From Candidatus Peribacteria bacterium (GTDB lineage Bacteria; Patescibacteriota; Gracilibacteria; Peribacterales; Peribacteraceae): a stretch of DNA of 64,000 bases. Under the pieces are notes generated by a model, which was not told where the DNA came from, ran no database searches, and worked only from the letters and a program-made list of their open reading frames with translations. Of the stretch, positions 1 through 8,599 are shown piece after piece (the stretch's first letter is position 1; every line of letters begins with the position of its first letter). The translations under genes were made by a program, and so were the position numbers. The stretch is taken from the NCBI GenBank assembly GCA_943357915.1, contig CALRGQ010000001.1:6816-70815 (forward strand), written 5' to 3'.

Positions 1-2
1 TC

Positions 3-1070
3 AACCCTGCTTCCCGCGAGTTTCCCGATGACTTCATCCAGACCGGTATTTCTACCATCGATGTCCTCAACACGCTTGTCCGTGGTCAGAAACTCCCGAT
101 CTTCTCCGGCGCCGGTTTGCCACACAGTAAGCTCGCCGCGCAGATTGCACGGCAAGCACGCGTGCTCACGAAGAAAGATGTGGAGTCTCAGGGTGCCGAA
201 GTGGGTGAAGAGGAAGACGGAAAGTTTGCGGTCGTCTTCGCGGCGATGGGCGTGACGTTTGAAGAGGCGCAATTCTTCCAACAAGAATTTGAGAAGACCG
301 GTGCGCTCACTCGCGCCGTGCTCTTCCTGAACACAGCCGATAACCCCGTGGTCGAGCGAATCGCTACACCACGCCTTGCACTGACGGTCGCTGAGTATCT
401 TGCCTATGAAAAAGATTATCACGTCACCGTGATCCTCACCGACATGACAAACTACTGTGAAGCGCTCCGCGAGGTCTCGGCTGCACGCAAGGAAGTGCCT
501 GGACGCCGCGGCTATCCGGGGTACATGTATACCGATCTAGCAACGATCTACGAGCGCGCAGGGCGCATCCGCGGTCGGAAGGGAAGCATCACACAGATCC
601 CGATCCTCACGATGCCGGAAGACGACGTCACACACCCCATCCCTGACCTCACGGGATACATCACAGAAGGCCAGATCCGTCAGGACAGAAGCCTTCACCA
701 AAAAGGTATCTATCCGCCTGTCATCCCGATGGGCTCACTCTCACGCTTGAAAGGCAAGGCACAAGGTGAAGGCAAGACGCGTGAAGACCACTCGGGTATG
801 GACGCTCAGCTCACTGCTTGTTATGCACGCGGCGTGGAAGTCCGCGAGCTTGCAGTGATCTTGGGAGAGTCATCTCTTAATGAGACAGATAAAGCATATC
901 TCGCATTTGCTTCTGCATTCGAGACAGAATTCATCAAGCAAGGCGAACAGGAGAACCGTTCGATTTACGACTCACTGCGCATCGGCTGGAAGCTACTCTC
1001 ACTCGTTCCACGGTCAGAACTCAAGCGTGTGAAGTCAGCGCATATCGACAAGTACATGCCGAAAAAGTAA
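3..1070 (+). CDS. atpB: V/A-type ATP synthase subunit B (5'-truncated by window edge)
   Basis: Frame-3 translation from nt 3 reads [43 protein letters not shown] with no upstream stop. It continues into tracked ORF 117..1070 ([96 protein letters not shown]). These are conserved V/A-ATPase B blocks. Confidence 0.93.
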   Translation, partial: NPASREFPDDFIQTGISTIDVLNTLVRGQKLPIFSGAGLPHSKLAAQIARQARVLTKKDVESQGAEVGEEEDGKFAVVFAAMGVTFEEAQFFQQEFEKTGALTRAVLFLNTADNPVVERIATPRLALTVAEYLAYEKDYHVTVILTDMTNYCEALREVSAARKEVPGRRGYPGYMYTDLATIYERAGRIRGRKGSITQIPILTMPEDDVTHPIPDLTGYITEGQIRQDRSLHQKGIYPPVIPMGSLSRLKGKAQGEGKTREDHSGMDAQLTACYARGVEVRELAVILGESSLNETDKAYLAFASAFETEFIKQGEQENRSIYDSLRIGWKLLSLVPRSELKRVKSAHIDKYMPKK

Positions 1071-1145
1071 CGACAATTTTTCACCTCTTGCCCCGCGAAG
1101 TTCCCTCAGGAGCGAAGTGGGGTCACTCTCTACCTTTCACTGCTC

Positions 1146-1766
1146 ATGGCCCTTCTCCGCGTCAATCCCACACGCATGGCACTCATGGAGCTCAAGCGCT
1201 CCACGACGTCCGCGAAACGCGGCCATAAACTCCTGAAAGATAAACAGGATGGACTCATGCAACAGTTCCTCGTCACCATTCGATCAGCAAAAGAACTCCG
1301 CATGCGTGTGGAAGCCGAGCTTGGCCAGGCATTCATGAGCTTTCTTACGGCGTCTGCGTGGCTCTCCGATGCCGAAGTGGAAAATGCGCTCAGCAGTCCG
1401 CAAGCGACGATCGAATTGGCGGTAGAGACACGGAGCGTCATGGGTGTAAAAATTCCGTTCTTTCGACTGAAAAAAGAAGGCACCGTCCGCAACTACGGCT
1501 ACTCGCAGACCAACACTCTGCTGGACCGCGCCATCGATGCTTTCGACAATGCATTCGAGACGCTCATCCGTCTCGCAGAGATTGAGAAGCAGGCGGAGAA
1601 CATGGCCATTGAGCTGGAGACGACACGTCGCCGCGTCAACGCACTAGAACACAAAATGATTCCGGATCTCCAGGAGACCGTGAAGTACATCAAACTCCGG
1701 CTTGATGAGGCAGAGCGTGCTGGCATCATCGCAACGATGCGGGTGAAAGCAAGTATGAAGGACTAG
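1146..1766 (+). CDS. atpD: V/A-type ATP synthase subunit D
   Basis: The N-terminus MALLRVNPTRMALMELKRSTTSAKRGHKLLKDKQDGLMQQF and the C-terminal ETTRRRVNALEHKMIPDL are characteristic of V-type subunit D. It directly follows subunit B, the usual A-B-D order. Confidence 0.9.
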   Translation: MALLRVNPTRMALMELKRSTTSAKRGHKLLKDKQDGLMQQFLVTIRSAKELRMRVEAELGQAFMSFLTASAWLSDAEVENALSSPQATIELAVETRSVMGVKIPFFRLKKEGTVRNYGYSQTNTLLDRAIDAFDNAFETLIRLAEIEKQAENMAIELETTRRRVNALEHKMIPDLQETVKYIKLRLDEAERAGIIATMRVKASMKD

Positions 1767-1835
1767 GTTCAGGAGATAGTATTACTGGGTAAAGCTGGAG
1801 GCATTCATTGAGTAAAAATATTCTATGCACAATCA

Positions 1836-1864
1836 TTGCATTTTGCATATTTGTGGGGTATCAT
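1836..1864 (+). promoter_or_regulatory. Candidate sigma70-type promoter for the toxin-antitoxin pair
   Basis: TTGCAT (1836-1841), a 17-nt spacer, then TATCAT (1859-1864), about 22 nt upstream of the ATG at 1887. Confidence 0.35.
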
Positions 1865-1886
1865 AAACGTATTCTCCTCAAAAAAA

Positions 1887-2171
1887 ATGGCTCAGAAAAA
1901 CCTTCAGGTTCGGCTCGACACAGGTCTGCACCAACGCGCAGAGAAAGTGTTTCGGAAGATTGGTATGGACACGCCAACTGCGATCCGTGTTTTCTTTGCA
2001 AAGGTTGCTGATGTCGGAGGCATCCCGTTTCTGCTGGAAAGTTCCGATGATGTCTACACACCACAGCAACTACGAAAGATCGATCGGCTGGCAGCGCAAT
2101 CGAAGAGCGGCAAAGGGGTTTCAGCGTCGTTCTCCTCGATCGACGATCTTATGAAGGATCTTCGCCGCTAA
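1887..2171 (+). CDS. RelB/DinJ-family type II antitoxin
   Basis: MAQKNLQVRLDTGLHQRAEKVFRKIGMDTPTAIRVFFAKVADVGGIPF has the ribbon-helix-helix DinJ/RelB pattern. I chose the internal ATG at 1887 rather than the tracked 1836 start. The stop lies 2 nt before the toxin start. Confidence 0.75.
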   Translation: MAQKNLQVRLDTGLHQRAEKVFRKIGMDTPTAIRVFFAKVADVGGIPFLLESSDDVYTPQQLRKIDRLAAQSKSGKGVSASFSSIDDLMKDLRR

Positions 2172-2173
2172 GA

Positions 2174-2434
2174 ATGCTGATCCACTACACATCTGCGTTC
2201 AAACGGATGTTCCGTAAGCTTGCTCAGGAACAGCAGGAACGTGTGATTTTGGCGTTGCAGCTGTTTAACGTCGACCCCTTCGATCCTCGGCTCCGCAATC
2301 ACAAGCTTAAGGGTTCCAAACAGGGCGTACGATCACTGTCAGCGGGTTACGATCTCCGCATTCTGTATACAGAGGAAGGAGGCCATACGGTGATTTTCCT
2401 GCTTATGGTAGGAAAGCACGACGCGGTGTACTGA
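2174..2434 (+). CDS. RelE/YafQ/ParE-superfamily type II toxin (mRNA interferase-like)
   Basis: 86 aa. The sequence ...DPRLRNHKLKGSKQGVRSLSAGYDLRILYTEEGGHTVIFLLMVGKHDAVY matches the RelE/StbE pattern (nHkLkG..., RiiY, vG.H..vY). It is tightly coupled to the upstream antitoxin. Confidence 0.75.
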   Translation: MLIHYTSAFKRMFRKLAQEQQERVILALQLFNVDPFDPRLRNHKLKGSKQGVRSLSAGYDLRILYTEEGGHTVIFLLMVGKHDAVY

Positions 2435-2606
2435 TTCCTGAGGAAAAGCTAGTTTTTCGGCACATGCTTTCACCCAATAGAACGTCTTTCTTGGCCTATC
2501 TAAGCCATTAAACTAACCACGTCTCTTTTTAGTGTTCTAAAACATCCTGAAAGCGGCACGTGTCAATTTTAGAGTGTGATCATTCTATTTCTTCCCCCAT
2601 TTCTCT

Positions 2607-2990
2607 ATGAAATCGGTGAATAACGTTACCCTGCTCGGGAACACAACAAACGATCCTGAGCTCAAGACCCTCGCTGGAGGGCAAGCTGTTTGTTCCTTTG
2701 GTCTGGCCACCAACCGCGTCTGGAAAGACGTGAAAGGCGAAAAGCAGACCCAAGCTGAGTTCCATAACCTGGTGGTGTGGGGCAAGCTTGGCGAGTTCTG
2801 CGCTGAGTACGTCAAGAAGGGCAAGCCCGTCTACGTGGAAGGCCACTTGAAAACCGGCAGCTGGGAAAAGCCCGAAGGCGTGAAGCATTACCGCACGGAA
2901 GTCGTGGTAGATAACCTCGTGTTACTCGGTGCTAAGGATAAGAGTCCTGAAGTTGCACTGGTAACAGAAGAAGAGGTAGTTGCTGCGTAG
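2607..2990 (+). CDS. ssb: Single-stranded DNA-binding protein, single OB fold, lacking acidic C-terminal tip
   Basis: VNNVTLLGNTTNDPELKTLAGGQAVCSFGLATNRVWKD...QAEFHNLVVWGKLGEFCAEYVKKGKPVYVEGHLKTGSWE is a canonical SSB OB fold. The 127-aa protein ends ...TEEEVVAA with no D-D-(I/L)-P-F tip. Confidence 0.9.
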   Translation: MKSVNNVTLLGNTTNDPELKTLAGGQAVCSFGLATNRVWKDVKGEKQTQAEFHNLVVWGKLGEFCAEYVKKGKPVYVEGHLKTGSWEKPEGVKHYRTEVVVDNLVLLGAKDKSPEVALVTEEEVVAA

Positions 2991-2996
2991 TAAGAG

Positions 2997-3036
2997 TTTT
3001 TCGTAGAGACGCAAAATCTTGCGTCTCTACGAAAAA
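2997..3036. terminator. Perfect 18-bp-stem hairpin after ssb (member of the GAGACG...CGTCTC palindrome family)
   Basis: TTTTTCGTAGAGACGCAA-AATC-TTGCGTCTCTACGAAAAA. The U/A tracts sit on both flanks, so it could terminate in either direction. Confidence 0.6.
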
Positions 3037-3046
3037 CGAGGGGTCA

Positions 3047-3076
3047 CAAAAAACAGGGGAACAAAGTGTTCCCCTG
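3047..3076 (-). terminator. Rho-independent terminator of the minus-strand SLH-like gene
   Basis: Stem CAGGGGAAC/GTTCCCCTG (3054-3062 / 3068-3076) with a 5-nt loop. On the minus strand it is followed by a T7 run (3047-3053). It lies 22 nt past the stop at 3098. Confidence 0.55.
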
Positions 3077-3097
3077 GTTCAAACCCATTGTAAGAGA

Positions 3098-3880
3098 CTA
3101 CCTGCTCAACTCTTCCCAAGTTTTCGATGGCTGATCCACAATGTTCATCTTGGCGCGGTAGATCATCGTCGCCAGCTGACCACGTGTGACCGGCTGTGCG
3201 AGGAAACGAATGCTCGTAGGAATTCCGTTACGCTTGGAAAGGTTCTGGACGTACACGGCGTACCAACGCGGATCGGAAATATCTCCAGAATCCATGCTCG
3301 TGCTAAAGATGCGGCTGACGAGCTTGGAAGCTTCCACAAAGTTCACGGCGCGTGTCGGGCGGAAATAACCATCGGGGTATCCGCGGATCATATTGTTGGC
3401 CAATGCGATGCAGATATCGAGAGCGTTACGGGAATCTTTCGTGACATCATGGAAGAGTGATGCGGAGGTCGTATTCAAACAGCTATTATCACGGTCCCCT
3501 AAGAAAAAATCGCTGGTCATCAGCTGTACCAATTCTTCACGGCGAATGCGCTGATCAGGATGATACTTTCCGTCGGTGTAGTCACCCTTGAGAATATTGC
3601 GAGTACGAAGGAACTCGATAGCTTCATAATCCGAACGGCTGGAAGGAACGTCGAGAAACGCTTTTGTAGAAAACGGCGTCTGTGATGCTGGGGCCACAGA
3701 GGAAGAGGATGAACTCACTCCAGATGTCGGGTTGTACGACGAGCGTCCGATGTCTTCTGGAAACATCGCGAATGCAGCTTCGGCAGTCATCCAAAGAAGA
3801 AGTGCGAGAATAGGGCCGGTGAGAAGTAGAGTATTGCGTTGAGCAAGTAACATAGAAGAGAGGGAAGGAGTAACAAACAT
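3098..3880 (-). CDS. Secreted protein with S-layer-homology (SLH)-like repeats
   Basis: N-terminal hydrophobic signal or anchor ([21 protein letters not shown]). It has repeated F.DV....(A)I..L....I..GY.DG.FRP....V.R.E-type segments ([67 protein letters not shown]). Confidence 0.6.
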   Translation of the reverse strand: MFVTPSLSSMLLAQRNTLLLTGPILALLLWMTAEAAFAMFPEDIGRSSYNPTSGVSSSSSSVAPASQTPFSTKAFLDVPSSRSDYEAIEFLRTRNILKGDYTDGKYHPDQRIRREELVQLMTSDFFLGDRDNSCLNTTSASLFHDVTKDSRNALDICIALANNMIRGYPDGYFRPTRAVNFVEASKLVSRIFSTSMDSGDISDPRWYAVYVQNLSKRNGIPTSIRFLAQPVTRGQLATMIYRAKMNIVDQPSKTWEELSR

Positions 3881-3922
3881 GAAGACGATCGAAAAGACAT
3901 ATTCTTACGCACTATCATCCAC

Positions 3923-3946
3923 AAAAAAGAGTCCCACTCGGGACTC
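3923..3946 (-). terminator. Rho-independent terminator downstream of the two-component operon
   Basis: Stem GAGTCCC/GGGACTC with a 4-nt loop. On the minus strand it is followed by TTTTTT (3923-3928). Confidence 0.55.
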
Positions 3947-4141
3947 TCTTGTGTCTGCCGACCATCCCTCAATGATCGGCGGATCCTCTTTCACCCGCCA
4001 CGGAGTGCTCCCATTCCGTGGCTTCCTATCCGAACATATCTGATGCAAAACGGGTGGTCCGTCCAATGTTTTCATTGACCTGAACGGACGCGACTACTGT
4101 AAACCGTCGGGCTTAAGAGAGGATTAAGGGGCGTGCGATGT

Positions 4142-5320
4142 TTACGCGGTACGGAACATGACCCGGAACGTCGTACCTTTACCAAGCTCGCTTTCGGCTC
4201 GAATGGCCCAGTTGTGGAGCTCCACAATGCGCTGAACAAGCGCAAGACCGAGGCCGAACCCTTCTTTGGAGCGTGATGTTTCAGCTTGAAAAAAACGATG
4301 AAAGATATTCGGAAGATCATGTGCGGCGATACCGATGCCTGTATCACTGATAATGAGTTCGCGATTGGTCAGTACTGCTTTTACGGTGCCCGCAGACGCA
4401 CTAAATTTAAGAGCGTTCATGAGAAGATTCGAGACAACTTGCTTTAGTAACGCCGCATCACCGCGCACCTGGACATTCTTGGCAACCGTCGTATCTATGG
4501 ATATACCTTTGTCACGTGCGATCAGAGAAAACTTTTCTACGACATCTGTGACCAGTGCAGTGAAATCTATTTTCTTATCTTCCAGCACAAACTTATCAAT
4601 CCGCGCCAGCTCCAAAAGCCGCTCAATGAGCACCGTAATGTCTTTCACATCCTCTTTTGCCGAGAAAAGACCCTCCTGATGTTTGCCTGTCTTCAATGCC
4701 AAATCGAGCGATGAATTCAGTGCTGCAAGCGGTGTCCGTAGTTCGTGGCTGGCATCCTGTGTAAATTGCTCAAGCCGCTCAACCATATCTTCGGCTGGTT
4801 TTAGGCTGTTTCGTGCAAAAAATATGCCGACAACAAACGTCAACGCGGACACGGTAATACTGACGATAAGGTAAAGAAGCGCACGCAACGGGAGATCCCC
4901 AAGACGCAAACGCTCCATATCCGCCACCTGCGCATAGGCCTTCAGTATGCTTCCGGACATGACCGGAACGGTCAGGACGCTCATATCGTCTACATCGATG
5001 TGCATACGCGTGAATCCCCGCCTTGGTATAAAGGGCACATCAGCAAAAAATCGTCCGGCATAGAGCGTCTGACCAGAAGCACCGACGAACCGAATACGTT
5101 CATGCATCGATATCGGTATATCCTCGAGATGGAGCTCGGGAAACCGAGGATTTTCGATTTGCTTCAGGACTACGGAGGATTCTCGTGTGAGACGAAAGTG
5201 AGTCTGACGACGCGCATTGGTGATGTCTGCAGCAAGGAAAATAATGCCATTGAGAAGAAAAAGCCCAAGCACGAATGCGGTGAACTGCAGTGCGATCGTG
5301 TAACTGATGCGTTTGAACAT
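4142..5320 (-). CDS. Sensor histidine kinase (HisKA + HATPase_c)
   Basis: Two N-terminal TM segments. H-box QFTQDASHELRTPLAALNSS, N-box VVSNLLMNALKFS, G-boxes ISDTGIGI and GFGLGLALV. Confidence 0.9.
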   Translation of the reverse strand: MFKRISYTIALQFTAFVLGLFLLNGIIFLAADITNARRQTHFRLTRESSVVLKQIENPRFPELHLEDIPISMHERIRFVGASGQTLYAGRFFADVPFIPRRGFTRMHIDVDDMSVLTVPVMSGSILKAYAQVADMERLRLGDLPLRALLYLIVSITVSALTFVVGIFFARNSLKPAEDMVERLEQFTQDASHELRTPLAALNSSLDLALKTGKHQEGLFSAKEDVKDITVLIERLLELARIDKFVLEDKKIDFTALVTDVVEKFSLIARDKGISIDTTVAKNVQVRGDAALLKQVVSNLLMNALKFSASAGTVKAVLTNRELIISDTGIGIAAHDLPNIFHRFFQAETSRSKEGFGLGLALVQRIVELHNWAIRAESELGKGTTFRVMFRTA

Positions 5321-5341
5321 AGGGAGGCGAGCAAGTCTGGC

Positions 5342-6007
5342 TTATACAGAGGCTGGAATCATGTAGCCCTGTCCGGGAATAGTCTCGATGACACTCTTGC
5401 CGAGCTTACGCCGGAGATAGGCAATGTGGACATCCACGGTTTGGGAAAACATGAGGTCATCTCGTCCGCCCCACACGTGCTCCAAAATGGTTGGACGTTG
5501 TTGCGCGCGGCCTTTCGTGCGAAGTAAGTACTCAAACAATGCGTACTCACGCGGCGAGAGTGACACCTTCATGTCGTTCTTGCGGACCTCACGCGTATTC
5601 GTGTCCATGGTGATATTGCCAGTGTGGAGGATCGGTGTTTTCTCCTCTCCTTTGCGCCGCAAAAGCGCACGTACGCGAGCGAGTAATTCATCTAAATCAA
5701 ACGGCTTCGTCAGGTAATCATCGGCGCCGATATTCAGACCGTGGACGATTTCCTGTTGTTTGGCTCTGGCCGTCAGCATGAGGATCGGCATATTTTTGCG
5801 GTTCTCACGAAGCATGGTGCAGATGACATAACCGTCCATGCCGGGCAGGTTAATATCGAGAATGATGAGATCAAATTCTTGTGTCATCGCTTTTTCAAAT
5901 CCGTCTTTGCCATCATGACACACGGTCACAACGTAGGTTTCCGTTTTCAAAAACTCTGAGATATTTGCGGCCAGCTTTTCCTGATCTTCAATCAAAAGGA
6001 TATTCAT
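5342..6007 (-). CDS. OmpR-family response regulator
   Basis: Receiver domain MNILLIEDQ...DLIILDINLPGMDGY...MLTA...DDYLTKPFDLDELLARVRALLRR, followed by a winged-helix region LSPREYALFEYLL...VDVHIAYLRRKL...GQGY. Confidence 0.93.
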   Translation of the reverse strand: MNILLIEDQEKLAANISEFLKTETYVVTVCHDGKDGFEKAMTQEFDLIILDINLPGMDGYVICTMLRENRKNMPILMLTARAKQQEIVHGLNIGADDYLTKPFDLDELLARVRALLRRKGEEKTPILHTGNITMDTNTREVRKNDMKVSLSPREYALFEYLLRTKGRAQQRPTILEHVWGGRDDLMFSQTVDVHIAYLRRKLGKSVIETIPGQGYMIPASV

Positions 6008-6128
6008 AAGAACTTCTGGAAAGATGAAAAATACACGTCTGTGATTAAGACGACATTAAGAAGAATTTCTTGCACGCACAAGACATGTTCCTGCCAGTGT
6101 GACAAAAAATATTTGTTATCTTCTACTG

Positions 6129-6503
6129 TTAGTAGAAAACAGCGCCGGTATTGACGATATGATCAACAACCCGATTTTCTGCGACACACACAATATCGAT
6201 CCTCGCAGGACCATCGTAGTTGTGATGATGCACCCACCGAAAAATTCCTTGCTGCAAGGCATGTCGTTTTCTCCGGTCAACTGCCGTGCGAATAGGATAC
6301 CGCTCATCAAAACGAGATCTCGTTTTGACTTCCACAAACACAATCATTTTTTCCTGCGGATCATAGGCCACGATATCGAGCTCGAAACGACCGAACCGAA
6401 CATTTTGCTCTCGAATCTGAAATTTCTGTAAGCGCAGATACTCTACAGCGAGTAGCTCTCCACGCCGTCCGGTCTCCTGTGTGCTGGCTGTCATCAGGGA
6501 CAT
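6129..6503 (-). CDS. yraN: YraN-family (UPF0102) endonuclease-like protein
   Basis: GRRGELLAVEYLRLQKFQIREQNVRFGRFELDIVAYDPQEKMIVFVEVKTRS is the YraN signature. I trimmed the start to the internal Met (MSLMTAS) because the tracked 207-aa ORF would overlap comM. Confidence 0.8.
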   Translation of the reverse strand: MSLMTASTQETGRRGELLAVEYLRLQKFQIREQNVRFGRFELDIVAYDPQEKMIVFVEVKTRSRFDERYPIRTAVDRRKRHALQQGIFRWVHHHNYDGPARIDIVCVAENRVVDHIVNTGAVFY

Positions 6504-6597
6504 CAGACCATAGTCCGCCTCTGGCGTCTTCTGAATGGGCTTGCGTAAAGGTGTACGAAAGTACACCATAGCATCTGCATCCTCTTCTCCCATTCTC

Positions 6598-8100
6598 ATG
6601 CTTACACAGCTCACTTCCTTCACCACCGTCGGTGTCGGCGCACAACCAATCGACGTTGAAATTGGTGTTATGCCCACCTCAGGTGACCCAAAGTTCCTCA
6701 TCGTCGGCCTTGGTGATATGGCAGTACAAGAAAGTAAGCAACGGGTCATCATGGCGATGAAAACGTCAGGCTACCGGATCCCGATGGGGCGCATCACGAA
6801 TGTAAATTTGGCTCCGGCACATATTCGTAAGGCTGGTTCGCGGTTTGATCTCCCGATCGCACTCGGCATTCTCCAGAGTAATGCGGTCATCGATATCCCA
6901 CAGAAAGTTATCAGTACAACCGCATTCATTGGCGAGCTCGCATTCGATGGAAAGCTTCGGCATGTCTCAGGCGTTCTTGCATGTGCACTGGAATGTGTGA
7001 AGCGCGGCCTTACGTCTATCGTCGTACCGTCAGCCAACGGTCCGGAGGCAGCGCTGATTCCAGGGCTCAAGGTGATCGCAGTTGATCATCTGAAAGATGT
7101 CGTCGCGTGTTTATCCGGAACGATGACACCGCCGGTCATTTTGCCACCTGCCTGTGCTCCGGAGATGCCACAAAACATCATTGATTTCGCCGATGTCCGC
7201 GGACAGGCGCTTGCCAAACGCGCGCTAGAAATAGCGGCAGCGGGCGGCCATAACGTCCTCCTCTCCGGCGCACCAGGTTCCGGTAAAACACTGCTTGCGG
7301 GAGCTCTACGTGGAATTCTGCCACCCCTGACGCAGGAAGAATCACTGGAAATCACCGGTATTTACTCAGTGGCGAATCTTTTACCAACCTCAACGCCGCT
7401 CATCAGTGAACGCCCCATCCGCACGGTGCACCATACGGCCAGCGGCGTTGCCATCGTGGGTGGTGGGCAACACCCGATGCCGGGTGAAATTTCACTCGCG
7501 CACCGCGGGGTTCTTTTCTTAGACGAGCTTGCTGAATTTCCGCCGCAAGTGTTGGAAGTACTGCGGCAGCCGATGGAAGACCGAAAAATTACGATCAACC
7601 GCGCGCAGGGGACGGTGACATTTCCGGCAGATTTTATCCTCGTCGGCGCCATGAATCCGCCGCAGTACAGTGCTTCTTCAACAGAAAAAATGAAGCGGCG
7701 AATTTCGGCACCACTCCTTGATCGTATTGATCTCACCATCGATGTACAGCCAGTGGAAATCGCCGACCTGCAACGAAAAAGCGACCCGAAAGCCGAAACA
7801 AGTGCAATGATCCGCAAGCGCGTGACAGCTGCACGGGAACGCCAAGCTCTGCGCTTTCAAAAACAAGGATTCTCAACAAATAAAGAAATGACGGTGCGAG
7901 ATCTTGAAAAATTTTGTCCACTCGACCCAAAAAGCCAAGCACTCCTAAAGCAAGCCGCTGAAAAACTAAACTTCTCCGCCCGCACGTATCATCGGACGAT
8001 CAAAGTCGCACGTACCATCGCAGACCTAGCTGATAGTGACGATATTTGTCTTACACACGTTGCTGAAGCGCTGCAGTACAGACAACAGGTAGGTGTTTAG
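6598..8100 (+). CDS. comM: YifB/ComM-family Mg-chelatase-like AAA+ protein
   Basis: MLTQLTSFTTVGVGAQPIDVEIGV....FLIVGLGDMAVQESKQRV, Walker A LLSGAPGSGKT, GVLFLDELAEF and a C-terminal SARTYHRTIKVARTIADL. I chose the Met at 6598 rather than the tracked 6535. Confidence 0.9.
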   Translation: MLTQLTSFTTVGVGAQPIDVEIGVMPTSGDPKFLIVGLGDMAVQESKQRVIMAMKTSGYRIPMGRITNVNLAPAHIRKAGSRFDLPIALGILQSNAVIDIPQKVISTTAFIGELAFDGKLRHVSGVLACALECVKRGLTSIVVPSANGPEAALIPGLKVIAVDHLKDVVACLSGTMTPPVILPPACAPEMPQNIIDFADVRGQALAKRALEIAAAGGHNVLLSGAPGSGKTLLAGALRGILPPLTQEESLEITGIYSVANLLPTSTPLISERPIRTVHHTASGVAIVGGGQHPMPGEISLAHRGVLFLDELAEFPPQVLEVLRQPMEDRKITINRAQGTVTFPADFILVGAMNPPQYSASSTEKMKRRISAPLLDRIDLTIDVQPVEIADLQRKSDPKAETSAMIRKRVTAARERQALRFQKQGFSTNKEMTVRDLEKFCPLDPKSQALLKQAAEKLNFSARTYHRTIKVARTIADLADSDDICLTHVAEALQYRQQVGV

Positions 8101-8103
8101 TCA

Positions 8104-8124
8104 TAAGTCAAAAGTCGTAAGTCA
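8104..8124. repeat. Left arm of a 21-bp perfect inverted repeat flanking the four-helix-bundle gene
   Basis: TAAGTCAAAAGTCGTAAGTCA. Its reverse complement occurs at 8528-8548. It is embedded in a run of short AAGTCA/AAGTCG units (8099-8130). Confidence 0.9.
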
Positions 8125-8154
8125 TAAGTGAATGTTAATTCTATCCGCCATGAT

Positions 8155-8523
8155 ATGATTGCTACCATCAAATTTTCGGGGCCACTTCACGAGAAATCTT
8201 ATTACTTTGCACTGGATATCATACGGTTTTGCCGAACACTCATGGAACAGAGAAAAGAGTATGTTTTAAGTAAACAGTTGCTACGTTCTGCTACTAGTAT
8301 TGGGGCTAACATCACTGAAGCACAGCAAGCTCAAAGTTCTGCAGATTTTATTTCCAAACTCTCTATTGCCCTGAAAGAAGCAAATGAAACACGATACTGG
8401 TTACACCTCATTCAGGATTCTTCATACGGAAGCAGTACAGAAAGTTATCATAAGATCGAAGAGATTATTCGGATGCTTGTTTCTAGTATCCAAACCACTC
8501 GAAATAAAAAGAGTAACTTATGA
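8155..8523 (+). CDS. Four-helix-bundle protein (family of 23S rRNA intervening-sequence proteins)
   Basis: YYFALDIIRFCRTL....YVLSKQLLRSATSIGANITEAQ.AQSSADFISKLSIALKEANETRYWLHLI is the signature of this family. The start is ambiguous between GTG 8128 and ATG 8155. Confidence 0.8.
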   Translation: MIATIKFSGPLHEKSYYFALDIIRFCRTLMEQRKEYVLSKQLLRSATSIGANITEAQQAQSSADFISKLSIALKEANETRYWLHLIQDSSYGSSTESYHKIEEIIRMLVSSIQTTRNKKSNL

Positions 8524-8527
8524 CTTT

Positions 8528-8548
8528 TGACTTACGACTTTTGACTTA
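8528..8548. repeat. Right arm of the 21-bp perfect inverted repeat
   Basis: TGACTTACGACTTTTGACTTA is the reverse complement of 8104-8124. The region begins at the gene's stop codon. Confidence 0.9.
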
Positions 8549-8599
8549 GGCAGCATTTTCGCTTGTGACTTCACTCATCACGCTCCTACACTCCTTACA

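Noticed and set aside
1130-1492. Many tracked ORFs lie antisense to, or out of frame within, well-supported genes. Examples are 1130..1492(-), 4335..4679(+), 9890..10621(+), 23668..24105(+), 28907..29638(+), 34415..34990(+), 36283..36864(+) and 54713..55132(+).
   Set aside because: They lie entirely inside longer ORFs with clear family signatures or strong signal-peptide and operon logic. Their translations are low-complexity, rich in Arg, Ser and Cys, as expected for shadow frames. I did not report them as genes.
1556-1575. CGAGACGCTCATCCGTCTCG palindrome with the same GAGACG/CGTCTC core as the hairpin family.
   Set aside because: It lies inside the conserved coding sequence of V-ATPase subunit D (FETLIRLAE) and lacks the TCGTAGAGACG flanks. 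It is most simply a coincidence of codon choice.
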